A stretch of DNA of 64,000 bases from Eledone cirrhosa (GCA_964016885.1 OZ024746.1:71920001-71984000), one strand, 5' to 3'; counted from the stretch's first letter, positions 13,375-27,199 are shown. Notes: a model not told the origin generated them from the sequence alone. Numbers and translations: made by a program.

Positions 13375-14800
13375 CGATGATGGTGATGGTGGTAGACGTG
13401 GTGGTGGTGGTGGTGGTGGTGATGGTGGTGGTGGTGGTGGTGGTGGTGGGTAATGGGGGTGATGGTGATGGTGGTAGACGTGGTGGTGGTGGTGGTGGTG
13501 GTGATGGTGGTGGTGCGTAATGGGGGTGATGGTGATGGTGGTAGACGTGGTGGCGGTGGTGGTGGTGGTGGTGGTGGGTATTGGGGGTGATGGTCTTGGT
13601 GGTAGACGTGGTGGCGGTGGTGGTGGTGGTGCGTAATGGGGGTGATGGTGATGGTGGTAGACGTGGTGGCGGTGGTGGTGGTAATGGTGGGGGTGATGGT
13701 GATGGTGGTAGCCGTGGTGGCGGTGGTGGTGGTGGTGCGTAATGGGGGTGATGGTGATGGTGGTGGTGCGTAATGGGGGTGATGGTGATGGTGGTAGACG
13801 TGGTGGCGGTGGTGGTGGTGGTGGTGGTGGTGGTGATGGTGGTGGTGGTGGTGGTGATGGTGGTAGACGTGGTGGCGGTGGTGGGTATTGGGGGGGTGAT
13901 GGTGATGGTGGTAGACGTGGTGGCGGCGGTGGTGGTGGTGGTGTTGGTGGGTATTGGGGGGTGATGGTGATGGTTGTAGATGTGGTGGCGGTGGTGGTAG
14001 TGGTGCGTAATGGTGGGGTGATGGTGATGGTGGTGATGTTGGTGGTGGTGGTGGTGGTGGTGGTGATGGTGGTAGAAGAGGTGGTGGTGGTGGTGGTGGT
14101 TGTAGTGGTGGTGGTGGGTAATGGGGGTGATGGTGATGGTGGTGGAGATTGTGGTAGAGGTGGTGGTGGTGGTGATGGTGGTGGTAGAGGTAGTGGTGGT
14201 GATGATGGTGGTGGCAGTGGTGGTGGTGGTGGTGGTGGTAGTGGTGGTGGTGGTATTGGTGGTAGTGGTGGTGGTGGTGGTGGTGGTAGAGGTGGTGGTA
14301 GTGGTGGCGGGGAAGGTGGGGTGATGGTGGTGGAGATTGGGGCATGATGGTGGTGGTGGTGGCGGTGGTAGTGGTGGTGGCGGTGGGTAATGGGGGTGAT
14401 GGTGATGGTGTTAGAGTTGCTGTTGTTGGTGATGGTGATGGTGGTGGAGATCGGGGCATGATGGTGGTGGTGGTGGTGGTGGTAATGGTGGTAGGGGGTG
14501 GTGGTAATGGTGGTGGTGATTTTAGTGGTGGTGGCAGTGGTGGTGATGGTGCTGCTGCTGGCGGTAGTGGTGGTGGTGATGCTGGTGGTAGTGGTGGTGC
14601 TGATGATGGTGGTAGTGGTGGTGGTGATGCTGCTGGTAGTGGTGGTGGTGATGCTGCTGGTAGTGGTGGTGGTGATGCTGGTGGTAGTGGTGGTGGTGAT
14701 GCTGGTGGTAGTGGTGGTGGTAGTGCTGGTGGTAGTGGTGGTGGTGATGGAGGTGGTAGTGGTGGTAGAGGTGATGGAGGATGATAATGAGGAGAAGATA
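13375..14800. repeat. (GGT)n-derived compound tandem repeat
   Basis: Recurring taatgggggtgatggtgatggtggtagacgt and gatgctggtggtagtggt units. Confidence 0.9.
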
Positions 14801-14994
14801 GTGATGATGATGATGAAAGTAAAATGAAACGGTGTGTGTGTGTGAGCTGTAGAAATGTAAATGTAAAAAAAAAAAACGGAAGTGACCGATTAGGGAATCC
14901 GGTAGAGCAAACAGACCTGAAGAGACTTAAATAGGGAAACTCTGTTGACATTTACTAAATGTTGGCGCCCCATAACAGAGATATACGGTAATTA

Positions 14995-15790
14995 CTGGTG
15001 GTGGTGGTGGTGGTGGTGATGTGGTGGTGGTGGTGGTGATGGTGGTGGTGGTGATGGTGGTGGTGGTGGTGGTGGTGGTGTTGATGCTGTTATGCTATTA
15101 CTGTTGATGGTTCTGTTGCTTGTTAGTGGTGGTGGTGGTGGTGGTGGTGGTGGTGGTGGTGGTGGTGGTGAGGATTGTGATGGTGGTGGTGGTGTGGTGG
15201 TGGTGGTGGTGGTGGTGGTGGTGATAGTGGTGTTGATGCTGTTATGCTATTACTGTTGATGGTTCTGTTGCTTGTTAGTGGTGGTGGTGGTGGTGGTGGT
15301 GGTGGTGGTGGTGGTGAGGATTGTGATGGTGGTGGTGGTGGTGTGGTGGTGGTGGTGGTGATAGTGGTGTTGATGCTGTTATGCTATTACTGTTGATGGT
15401 TCTGTTGCTTGTTAGTGGTGGTGGTGGTGGTGGTGGTGGTGGTGAGGATTGTGATGGTGGTGGTGGTGTGGTGGTGGTGGTGGTGGTGGTGGTGATAGTG
15501 GTGTTGATGCTGTTATGCTATTACTGTTGATGGTTCTGTTGCTTGTTAGTGGTGGTGGTGGTGGTGGTGGTGGTGGTGGTGGTGAGGATTGTGATGGTGG
15601 TGGTGGTGTGGTGGTGGTGGTGGTGGTGGTGGTGATAGTGGTGTTGATGCTGTTATGCTATTACTGTTGATGGTTCTGTTGCTTGTTAGTGCTGGTGGTG
15701 GTGGTGGGGGGGTGATAGTGGTGATGTTGCTGTTGATGGTTCTGTTGCTGGTTAGTGGTGGTGGTGGTGGTAGTGGTGGTCGGGGTAATG
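14995..15790. repeat. Tandem repeat of about 130-155 bp, 5-6 copies, with GGT spacers
   Basis: Recurring gttgatgctgttatgctattactgttgatggttctgttgcttgttagt. Confidence 0.9.
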
Positions 15791-16264
15791 TTGCTGTAGT
15801 AGTAGTAGTAAACGTAAAATATTTTGTATTAGTGTGTGTGTGCGTATGTGCATGTGTGTATGTATGCGTTGGTCTTTGAGAGTGTGCATGTGTATGTGTG
15901 TAGGTGGCGGCGGGGGAGGGGTTAAACAGTTTTAGAAGAATAGAATACATAAAATTGTGAACGCAAAGTGTATTAGGATAGACATCTGTATACCCAAACA
16001 TATCTACACAAATGTATAGAAACAAATGTATATATATTTTAAGGAACGATCGACTTTCGTCAAATCGGACCGAGGGAACAATGTTTCCGTTGGTCTTTCC
16101 AATTGCTAATACTATCTATCGGTCGCAACTCCAGGTAGAAGGAGCAACGTGAAATAAAGTGTCTTGCTCAAGGACATAACGCATCGCCTGGTCCAGGAAT
16201 CGAACTCACAAGCTTACGATTGCGAATTCAATTCTCTAACTGCTCAGCCACACGCCTTCACTTC

Positions 16265-16316
<52 letters not shown>

Positions 16317-16357
16317 ATGTGTGTGTGTGATTGTGTGCCTGTGTATGTGTTTATATG

Positions 16358-16422
<65 letters not shown>

Positions 16423-16469
16423 GTGTGTATGTGTGTGTGTGATTGTGTGCCTGTGTATGTGTTTATATG

Positions 16470-16520
<51 letters not shown>

Positions 16521-16525
<5 letters not shown>

Positions 16526-16720
16526 AAAAAGTATGACCCCGACGGCAGAGCTCAAGCCGTTTCGACGGCTATTTCTGGACGGTCCAGAAATAGCCGTCGA
16601 AACGGCTTGAGCTCTGCCGTCGGGGTCATACTTTTTCCTATTTCCCACTCTACTACCCTAAGTATTGAGTACTCTGGTGCGTTATGGTCTATCTGGTTCC
16701 TTACCACAATCCCTTTGTTA
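16521..16720 (+). mobile_element. Fold-back half-hammerhead element within (TA)n
   Basis: Perfect 60-bp arms at 16521-16580 and 16582-16641; GAAA(16599)-cggc..gccg-TC-ggggtc; about 80-bp tail; (TA)n on both sides. Confidence 0.85.
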
Positions 16721-19700
16721 TATATATATATATATGTGGGGGGGTGTATGTGTGTGTGTGATTGTGTGCCGGTGTATGTGTTTATATATGTGTGCATATA
16801 TATACACACACACAGACAAGCACATATATATATACATATATATATATACAAACACGCATATATATACATATATATATGTGTGTGTGTGTGTACATATATA
16901 TATAGGTAGGTAGAATTGCTTTTGATATAAACCTGTATTTGTGTGTGCTACAGAATGTGTGAATATGTACGTGTGTGTGTAGGTGTATGTGTGTATGTGA
17001 GTCTCGGTTGTGTGTGTGAGTGTATGTGATGTCAATTTTGCTTTTCATCTTTTCGCTGTTGATAAAATAAAGTACCAATGAAGTACTTGGATCTATATAT
17101 TCTTTCTTTTCTCCCCAAATTGCTGGACTTGTGTCATAATTAGAAACAGTTTAGGCCGATTGATTAACAAAATCGATAGAGTATTGGGCAAAATGCTTTG
17201 TGGTATTTGCCTCGGTTCTTTATATTTGAATGGCGCACAAAGGGTTAATGTTTATTGGCAAGAAGTGGCAACTGGGCTTGGCTTGCCTCGCTTATATAAA
17301 AGTAACATCTATTTCTATATATATCAGCTTCTACTACAACGTAATATAATTGTTTCTACTTTTGGCGCAAGGCCAGCAATTACCCAGTACATTACTGGTA
17401 CTTTATTTTATAGACCCCGTAAGAAGGAAAGACAAAGTTAACCTCGACGGGATTTGAACTCAAACCGTAAAGGGACGTAACTATGCTGGAAAGCATGAAC
17501 TACAACGGTACGCGATGGAGCCCACCCACAGCCCCGGTGGACAGAATGGAGAAGGAGTTTCCCCGGAGGACGGCAAGGGAGACTGTGTTCAATTCTCGCC
17601 CAGGCCAACCCTGTCTTACAACCTTCCAGGTGCTGATACATAAAGTACTAGAGAAGTACTGAGGCCGTATAATCGAGATTCCATTGCACCTTAGTTAAAC
17701 CCCTTTATTATCTCGCAAAGGTTAGCTTTGCCTTTCATACGTACGGGGGCGATAAATAAAGTACCAGTAACGCACTGGGGTCGATTTAATCGACTTTCAC
17801 TTTCCGCCTTGTGCCTATAGCAGAAACCTTTATTGTTGATGTTTTTGTTCCTATTTATCTTCTTCTAGCTGTTTTTGTTGTTACAGTAATTGTCGTTGTT
17901 GTTGTTATTGTTGTTGTTGCTGTTGACGTTGTTGTTGTTGTAGTTGTTTACTTTACAAAAGGTGAGATATCCATTTATTATTTACCCGGAACTTTGACTG
18001 AAGGGGAGATGTGACAATTTCTAGCGACGCCCTAAAAACAACAACGTGTGGAATAGAGAGAGGAGGTGTGCACGCGTGTGTATGTGTGTGTGCGCGCGTG
18101 TGGGAGGGTGGTGCGTCTGTGTGTGTGCACATATGTATGTTTTGCTAAATTTCCCGTTTGGAACGGAAGCAACCAATATTTATATTTATTCGGCACTTTG
18201 CCTTCTGATTTCGAATCACGCATATGTCAACGTTGCCATTTATCATTCGAGAAAAAAAGTACCAGTCCTGGCTGGTGGATTGGTAGAATCGTTAGAGCGT
18301 CGGAAAGAATGTCTTGCGTTCTGAGTTCAAATTCCACTGTGGTCTATTTAAGTGGTTGACTTAATCCGTCATCCGGTTTAACACCACCACTTGGCCATTG
18401 GGTATCTTTAGTGAAATCCACTACATTACAATCAATTAGATCAAGTCTCCTGATAAGACAGCTGATAAGACACCTGATAAGAGTTTTGAACATTGCTCCT
18501 TGTCTTTGCCGGTTAAAAACAATACTAGGGTGTGATGTAAGGCAGATTTCACAATTATTTCTATTTAAAAGATACACCCAAGCTGCGTCGTCTAACAGTG
18601 AACTTGCTCTCATATGTCAGTCGGTGGCTGTAAGCTCACACTAGAGAACTTTATGCGAAATCGACGCCAGTACTCAGTACCAGAATAACATAAGGTTGAA
18701 GTGGGCTGCAGTCTAGGACCTCATAATTTAGTACGCACTTTCGCGTTTTAAATATATATTTAAATATAACTTCCCGCGGGGCGGCCAGCGTGTGGGGCCA
18801 CATTTTCTTATAATAGTGAATGATAGGGAGAGCGAGAGGGACGGAAGCAGTGACAATGGGAATTTTATTCCATTGTGTTCAGACATATGTATGTATAAAC
18901 GAAAAAAATATTAAGTTAAATACTGTCATATATGAAAAGTTGGATTAGAAAAGGCTTTGATATTATATAATTTAGTTTCCCATTGCTGTTAAGAACAAAA
19001 TACTGACGTTTGCTTTCTATCCTTCCGGTAAAAGAAATATACAAGAGTTCTTCCTATCCTTACAATTACAAAAGATCTTACGCTTAATCAACAAAACGCT
19101 CACTATGAATCGTGCTATTAAATTATAATTGTTGTTCAACATGCTTTGTAGATTATAAATACAGCCGTTTAAATTCTGAGTTCAAATCCTGCCGAGGTTA
19201 GCTTTGCCTTTCATCCTTACGAGGTCGATAAAATAAAGCACCAGTAACGTACTGGAGTCGATTTAATCGACTTTCCTTTCCCTCCAAATTAGTGACTTTG
19301 TGCCTATACTAGACATCATTATACTTGTGGATTGGCAGTATCGGTAGACGGTTTGCCGCCATGCTTTCCAGCATAGTTGCGTCCCTTTATGATCTGAGTT
19401 CAAATCTCGCCGAGGTTGACTTTGCCTTTCATCCTTACGGGGTCGATAAAATAAAGTACCAGTAATGCACTGGGTTATTGCTGGCCTTGTGCCTAAAGTA
19501 GAAACAATTATATTATAACTGTTGTTCAACATGCTTTGTGGCTTATAATTATGGCCGTTTAAGTTCTGAGTTCAAATCCCGCCGAGGTTAGCTTTGCCTT
19601 TCATCCTTGCGAGGTCGATAAAATAAAGTACCAGTAACGCACTGGAATCGATTTAATCGACTTTTCCTTCCTCCCAAATTGTTGGCTGTGTGCCTAAATC

Positions 19701-20103
19701 AGAAACAATTATATTTTAATTATTGGTTAGCATGAATCCATGGTGGTATCTCAGCATCGTTCTATACGTAAGCCTACATTCGTGTACTTTTACTTTTCAT
19801 TAGGATTCTAGCGAACAAGTGTTGAGAGATCTAGAAGTTCTCTAACCCAGGTATCCTATTGCTTTAATCCGGAATACTCAGGAAAGAAGAAAGACAATGC
19901 CGACATCCGAATGTATGGTAATTAGACGAAATAGAATCCCTCAAGAAATTTAGTGCCCTAGTTCACCGATTGTGTCACCCCAGTATGACATGACAACCAC
20001 GACCAACCACATAAAAAAAACAAAAAACATTGAAACATGTTTGTTTATGTTTAATCATGTCAAAGGTGACTTTGTTGTTGTTTCATTGAAGATGAAAACA
20101 AAC

Positions 20104-20199
<96 letters not shown>

Positions 20200-20253
20200 T
20201 CACATATTCACATACACACCTGCACAGACTCACTCGCACACTTGCGCGCGTGC

Positions 20254-20287
<34 letters not shown>

Positions 20288-20297
20288 ATAGATATAC

Positions 20298-20344
<47 letters not shown>

Positions 20345-20350
20345 CATATA

Positions 20351-20515
20351 TTTCGTTCATTAGCTCTGTGTATTGTTATAGTAAATATAGTTCCTTCTGT
20401 TTTATAGATATATATATACAATATATAATATATAAATATGTATATGTATATATGTATATATATATATATATTTATACATATTAACGTATTATATATATAT
20501 GTGTGTGTGTGTATG

Positions 20516-20607
<92 letters not shown>

Positions 20608-20627
20608 TATATAAATATATATATATA

Positions 20628-20715
<88 letters not shown>

Positions 20716-20769
20716 TATAATAGAAGGAACTATATTTACTATAACAATACACAAAGCTAATGAATGAAA
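20351..20769. repeat. About 48-bp inverted repeats flanking about 320 bp of (TA)n
   Basis: 20351-20398 matches the reverse complement of 20722-20769 with about 2 mismatches. Confidence 0.85.
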
Positions 20770-22045
20770 ACAAGACCAAATTGAAAGAATATAACGGGTA
20801 GGGTTGGGGTTGGTTCTAATATTTCGAGTAGGATTTTCTTTGGTGAGATAGACATATAGATATTTCGGAGTTGTACTTGTCTAGCAAGTGATTTGATCTG
20901 AGACCGTATTTTGAAATATATGGTTGTGTGTGTGAGTTGGAGGTGGCGGGGTATGTTTTTTTTTAGGTGTGTGTGTGGGGGGGGGGGGGGTTAGCAAAGT
21001 CGTTGGGGTGTCAGATTAGCTGCTTTGGTATTTGTTCCGGCTCTGCGTTCTGTTTCACCGTTGTCAATTCTACATTCCATCCATTCGAGGGTTGGCAGAA
21101 ATAGGACCAGATCTGTCAACTCTTCCCGTCCGATGAGGAGATCTCCCACCCACTTTGGAGTGGATGAGGGATGTCTTCTCTTGCGAAAATAGGTATAGCT
21201 TTCATTATGAAAAATCTCCCCATCTCGCCTCATTTCTCCCCATTAGGGGGCACCTTTTCTTCATAGTACTCCCCGTTTCGGGTTTTAGCGGTTGGCAGAT
21301 CTGCAGTCTATTAAAGAAAGATAGGCGCAATTGTTATTATGTTGTTGGACAGGATAGGATTCTTTGCGGTATCTGTTCCGGCTCTGTTCATTCTGAGTTC
21401 AAATCTCGCCTCTTGCCACTGGACAAGCGGTAACGCTTCTGTCAGGAATAGTGACCGGCAGATAGTATCAGCAATGAAGCGATCAATAGAAACCTGATGA
21501 TCGGGTTTTTTTCCTTGAGCAGATAAATAATGTTTAGACATGTTGTAAACAAATTGGAATGTACAATGACGAACAGAGGTGGGGGTAACAGCAGAATGGT
21601 GCATGCGTTACCCAAGAGGATGGTGATGGGGTTGATATGCTGAAAAAGCTAGTTCAAATAGTAGGGACTTGCTCCTTCTTGTAGATAGCCACTTCCATCC
21701 TGATTGCAATAAGCAGGGAGGTGATTTGGAAACCCAAGATGCCAGATATTTCCAGCTCGATATTTTTGTCAAATAACCAGTCCATCTTGTGAGCCACGTT
21801 CTAGAAAATAGTTATCTCCATTCCGATCGGGTTGAATAAGGGTGATTCAGGAACCCAGAATGTTGATAAGGAACAGCTTTATTTACTACAACGATACACA
21901 AGGTTAATGAACAAAAAACAAATGCCATGTTCCCAATCCAACCTTTTCCCTTCACCCCAATGTTTAACTCGTATATGTATATCAGAAACAATTGTGACGT
22001 CATAAAGGGAAATTAGGATTGTTTTTGTTGTTTCTTAGGGGAGAG

Positions 22046-22079
<34 letters not shown>

Positions 22080-22839
22080 TTAATTTTTTAGGAACAGCTG
22101 TTATGGAATCTCACAGTGGTAAAGTATAATCGACTAAGTTGGTGTTCGGGTGGTGGTTGGATGTACAAGGGGGAAAGTAAGAACACTCAACAGCTGTTGC
22201 GAAGGTCAAATATTTGTATTGGTTGTTTGTGACTGAAATCTCTATTACTTCCAATATCCAAGAACTAAGAGACAGTCTCTCAGTAAAGACACACACGAAG
22301 ACATAGATAGAAGTATATTTACATTCACACACGCACACACACACACACATATATATATAGTACATACATGCATGCAAATATCCATGCATACATATATATA
22401 TGTATGCAGATATAGATACATAGATACATGCATGTGTGTGCGTGTTCTTCCTTTCTTTGTTACTTCAACCTCTCCTTCTTTCTCTCTAATTCTAAACACT
22501 TCTATCCCTCTATCACATGCCACATTGTTCCTAGGGAGGCAATGTTTCCGTCAAACTTCAACACAAGGCTTGTCGTTCGCTTCTTTCAGCGTCCCTGACT
22601 GACATTTTACCAAACTGTTTACGTTTTCTGTTTAACCATTTTGATACCAACCCGCCTGAAACCGCCCTTGGCTCTACAATACTGGGTTTTTTTCTTTTAA
22701 AGTACAGAAGTACCTTTGTAAAGTTATATTCCAAACACCATCTTGATTACGATAAAGTTAGATATCTCTCTAAGGCGGGTAAAATTCCCGAGATCCATGG
22801 ACGAGTTCTCTCCAGCGGTCTCTGTCCCTCATTATCGCT

Positions 22840-23070
22840 GCCATGTCCTGAGGATGAAAAACTCAGAGCTGTATGGGAGCATCCCAAAAGTCAGCTCAAA
22901 AGTGACACAGAGGAGACTGAGGTTAGCTGGACATGCTCACCGACATCCAGAGTTGACATTGCACTCAGTGCTTCTTTGGGAGCCCCTACATGGACACACT
23001 AGAAGAGGAAGATCAAGGTTAACGTATGTTGATGCCCTAAGGACAGACACTGGTCTATTGGAGACGCAGA
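22840..23070 (+). mobile_element. RTE/RTEX-like LINE 3' fragment
   Basis: ELYGSIPKVSSKVTQRRLRLAGHAHRHPE...LLWEP.HG..RRGR..LTYVD. Confidence 0.8.
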
Positions 23071-23413
23071 AAGTTAGAGATATATATTACTAAATCGCTT
23101 CAAATTTTTCATTATTTTCAAAATTATTCAAAAATCAGCGGCAGTATCTGTAATTTGAAATATGGTAATGAGAGAGTTAAGTTAACACACACTCTGCCTG
23201 ATCTGGTCCATCCAAGGTTCTGTGTATGTGTGTTACATTCACCAATGGAAGTGTTGATATGATAAGATATGATAGGGGGTACAAGTTGTTGGTAGCTCCC
23301 GATAAAAGAGGAAAAGCGCATCTTTCGACCTACTCTATTTATCTAGCTAGTTCAAGTTCCCCGCGAGCTCGCTCTCTTATTGTTTTACATTCTAGTTCTA
23401 GCTTCTTCTCTCT

Positions 23414-23471
<58 letters not shown>

Positions 23472-24008
23472 GTGTGTGTTTGCTTGAGTATCTATCTATC
23501 TATCTTTCTCGACCATCCCAACTTTTGACCACTACTATACACATATCAAACAAAATAACAAAGATGATCGCCATTACGTCAATGGCGGCTAGCCAACGCA
23601 AAACGGAAGTGACGTCACATTCCTGACAGTGTTTGTATTTTATATCTAAAAACGCTTCAAATTAATATTACATTTATATAAGTCTGTGTGTGTGTGTATG
23701 TACGCGCGCGTGTGTGTGTGTGTGTGGTATGTTCGCGCGTATGTACATGTAAGCATATGAAATCATACATACCCTCACGCGCCCACATATACACATACAA
23801 TACATAAGTGTTGGCAGACGTCCTAAGACGTAGCTAACTTACCGTTTCCGGATTCCTGGTCTTAACAGGTGTCTTATTTAGTAATGGGCTTAATTTCTGT
23901 CCGTCAATGTACATTCCACATTGTCAGTCTGTCGGTCTATCAGTCAGTCTGTCCATTATTCCATCCACATGTCTATCAGTTTATCTTCCATTCTTCCGTA
24001 TCACCATA

Positions 24009-24667
<659 letters not shown>

Positions 24668-24980
24668 ATCTATGTATGTATATCTATGTATATCTATGTA
24701 TAAATGCATGTATATATATACATATATATCCGATAGATGTTGACTAACCTGAGAATGAGTACTGAATACCGAAGTAGAGTTAAATATTATTTATCATTGC
24801 TAAGTTGTGAGTCTTGTTACTCTGGAGTTTCACCTGTGTATTCACAAGATCATTAAACTCCAGAGTAACAAAACTCACCACTTAGCTATAATATAGCACA
24901 CTTATATATATATCTCTTTACTCTTTGTTCTTGAATGTTTGGTTGGCAGAGTCCATAACACCAATCAAACCCCTTTTATA

Positions 24981-25025
24981 GCTCTGACGAATCCTACGGT
25001 TACGTAAGGAAGAAACATTGTAAGC
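24981..25025 (+). ncRNA. Hammerhead ribozyme motif (slightly decayed)
   Basis: gct-CTGACGA-atcctacg-gtta-cgtaaggaa-GAAA-cattg-TA-agc. Confidence 0.6.
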
Positions 25026-25067
25026 CAATAAAAATCTGTTGATGTTGTAGACGCTCTTGTGTTCTTT

Positions 25068-25085
<18 letters not shown>

Positions 25086-25106
<21 letters not shown>

Positions 25107-25302
25107 GTAGGTCCCGGGTTGAGTCGGGGATAACCACAGTAAGTAAGGTACTCAATACATGGCAGAGTAAATTTTTTTTATTTTATAGAAGGAGCTTCTA
25201 CAGAACTAGTACTGTTTCATTCAGATGAAATCTTCGGGTGAAGATTTCATCTGAATGAAACAGTACTAGTCCTGTAGAAGCTCCTTCTATAAAATAAAAT
25301 TA
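25086..25302 (-). mobile_element. Fold-back hammerhead-derived element within (TA)n (same family as 32447-32671)
   Basis: Arms of about 57 bp around position 25237; each arm has TGAAGA or CGAAGA, tttcatctgaat, GAAA-cagtactag-TY-ctgtag; tail gtattgagtac...ctacg. Confidence 0.75.
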
Positions 25303-25307
25303 AAAAA

Positions 25308-25344
<37 letters not shown>

Positions 25345-25422
25345 AGTGTTGAACAATGATAACAAAAGTCAGAAATTAATCCATTGTTTTAGGATGCAAC
25401 TGTCTTCTTCAGAAACACACAG

Positions 25423-25518
25423 TGTTTCTGAAGAGGACGGTTGGACGTAACCACTACCATGCCAGTCGATATATGGATCGCCCATGATCAACCAACCCTC
25501 TGAAACCATCGTAAAATA
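25423..25518 (+). ncRNA. Hammerhead ribozyme with extended stem II
   Basis: tgttt-CTGAAGA-ggacggttgg...ccaaccctct-GAAA-ccatcg-TA-aaata. An inverted partial copy lies immediately upstream at about 25370-25417. Confidence 0.7.
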
Positions 25519-26547
25519 ATGAACTAATTAACTACCTATCTGTGTGTGTGTGTGTGCGTGTGTATTTAAAAGACCCCCCCCCCCCTTTCGGTCACGATTG
25601 ACCATGGGATTCGCACCTAAATAATTCCCCTCCGAGGCACAAACCCGTGCAAGTTTGTTTGTGGAAGACCAGCAGTCGCCCATGTATACCAGTCTCCCCT
25701 CTCCACGCCTCTGATGTCGTCCAAGCAAAAAGCAAAGGTCAATACAGTTTGGCACCGGTAACGTCGCAACCCATGTTTACAGCAACGTGAAATAAAATGT
25801 CTTGCTCTAGGACATAACATAACACATCGCCCGGTTCAGGAATCGAACTCAGAACTTTACGATTATAAGCCTAACCCTCTAACCACTAAGCCATGCACCT
25901 TCTATTATATATCATACAGTATAATAGAGATTACACGTGTGTGTGTGTGTGTGTGTGTGTGTCTGTGTGCAGGTGTAGATGTGTATATATGTATGCGTAG
26001 GAAGGTAGGCATGCATGCACAGATGTATCTATGTATATACCTCGGCAGCTTGGGTGGCAATGTTGCCGCCGGTGTGTATATTTTATGTGCATTGTGTTAA
26101 TAAACATCCATGTTATACATTGATAAACACCCATGAGATTGTTTATACATGTGCAACACTGGGGTTATCTACGCATGGCTCTTTACTCTTTACTCCTTCA
26201 ACGCTTGTATATATATGTGCATAAGATACGTGTATATACATATATAAATATATATATATATATAATATACATATATATATATAATATATATATATATAAT
26301 ATACACATATATATATATAATATACACATATATATATATATAATATACATATATATATAATATACATATATATATATATAATATACATATATAATATACA
26401 TGTATATATATAATATACATATATATATATATAATATACATATATATATATATTATATATACAGTATATATATATAATGTAAATATATGTAAATATATAT
26501 ATATAATATAAATATATATATATAATATACATATATATATATAATAT

Positions 26548-26587
<40 letters not shown>

Positions 26588-26776
26588 GCACACATATATA
26601 TATTATATTCACATACACACACACACACACTCATATATGTGTGTGTGTACGAAACGTAACCGGAAAACCAAAAAGAAACAATGCAGTACAATGAAGATAT
26701 TAATTTAATGCTTGATATAGAACGAAGTGCCTTAACGTTTCCGAAGTTGGTCTTCCATATATACATATATATATAT

Positions 26777-26968
26777 AACGAAGGAAATGTGGTAAGGAAC
26801 CAGGTGGACCATAACGCACCAAAGTACTCAATACTTAGGGTAGTAGAGTGGGTAATAGGAACGAGTAGGACCTCGACGGCTGAGCTCAAGCCGTTTCGAC
26901 GGCTAATTCAGTCCAGAATTAGCCGTCGAAACGGCTAGAGCTCAGCCGTCGGGGTCCTACTCGTTCCT
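26777..26968 (-). mobile_element. Fold-back half-hammerhead element within (TA)n
   Basis: Homologous to 16521-16720 in the opposite orientation. Confidence 0.85.
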
Positions 26969-27031
26969 ATATATATATATATGTGTTAAAATGTAAGTAT
27001 TAATAAAATAGATGTTCTTTTGATCAATTAC

Positions 27032-27084
27032 ATTTTATTATACATATTTCGGATGTACAACAGTACGTCCTCATCAGACAAAAT
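27032..27084 (-). ncRNA. Minimal type-I hammerhead ribozyme
   Basis: attttgt-CTGATGA-ggacgtac-tgtt-gtacatcc-GAAA-tatgta-TA-ataaaat. Confidence 0.85.
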
Positions 27085-27199
27085 ATAATGATACATGACA
27101 TACCCTGAGATGTTAAATAGTTAAGATTTAATCAAGGTAGTCTACCTTGATTAAATCTTAACCATTTAACATCTCAGGGTATGTCATGTATCATTATAG

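Noticed and set aside
14915-14950. CTGAAGA...GAAA hammerhead-like spacing
   Set aside because: Stems I and II cannot form.
13323-14951. 542-aa Pro/His-rich ORF and overlapping Gly/Val ORFs
   Set aside because: These are a by-product of stop-free (GGT)n repeats that are open in several frames; there is no domain or splice support.
20060-20779. Many [14 protein letters not shown] ORFs here and throughout the window
   Set aside because: They are translations of (TA)n and (CA)n microsatellites.
20800-22260. Possible autonomous Penelope-like ORF that could mobilise the hammerhead elements
   Set aside because: I could not recognise RT or GIY-YIG motifs by eye. No autonomous partner is evident in this window.
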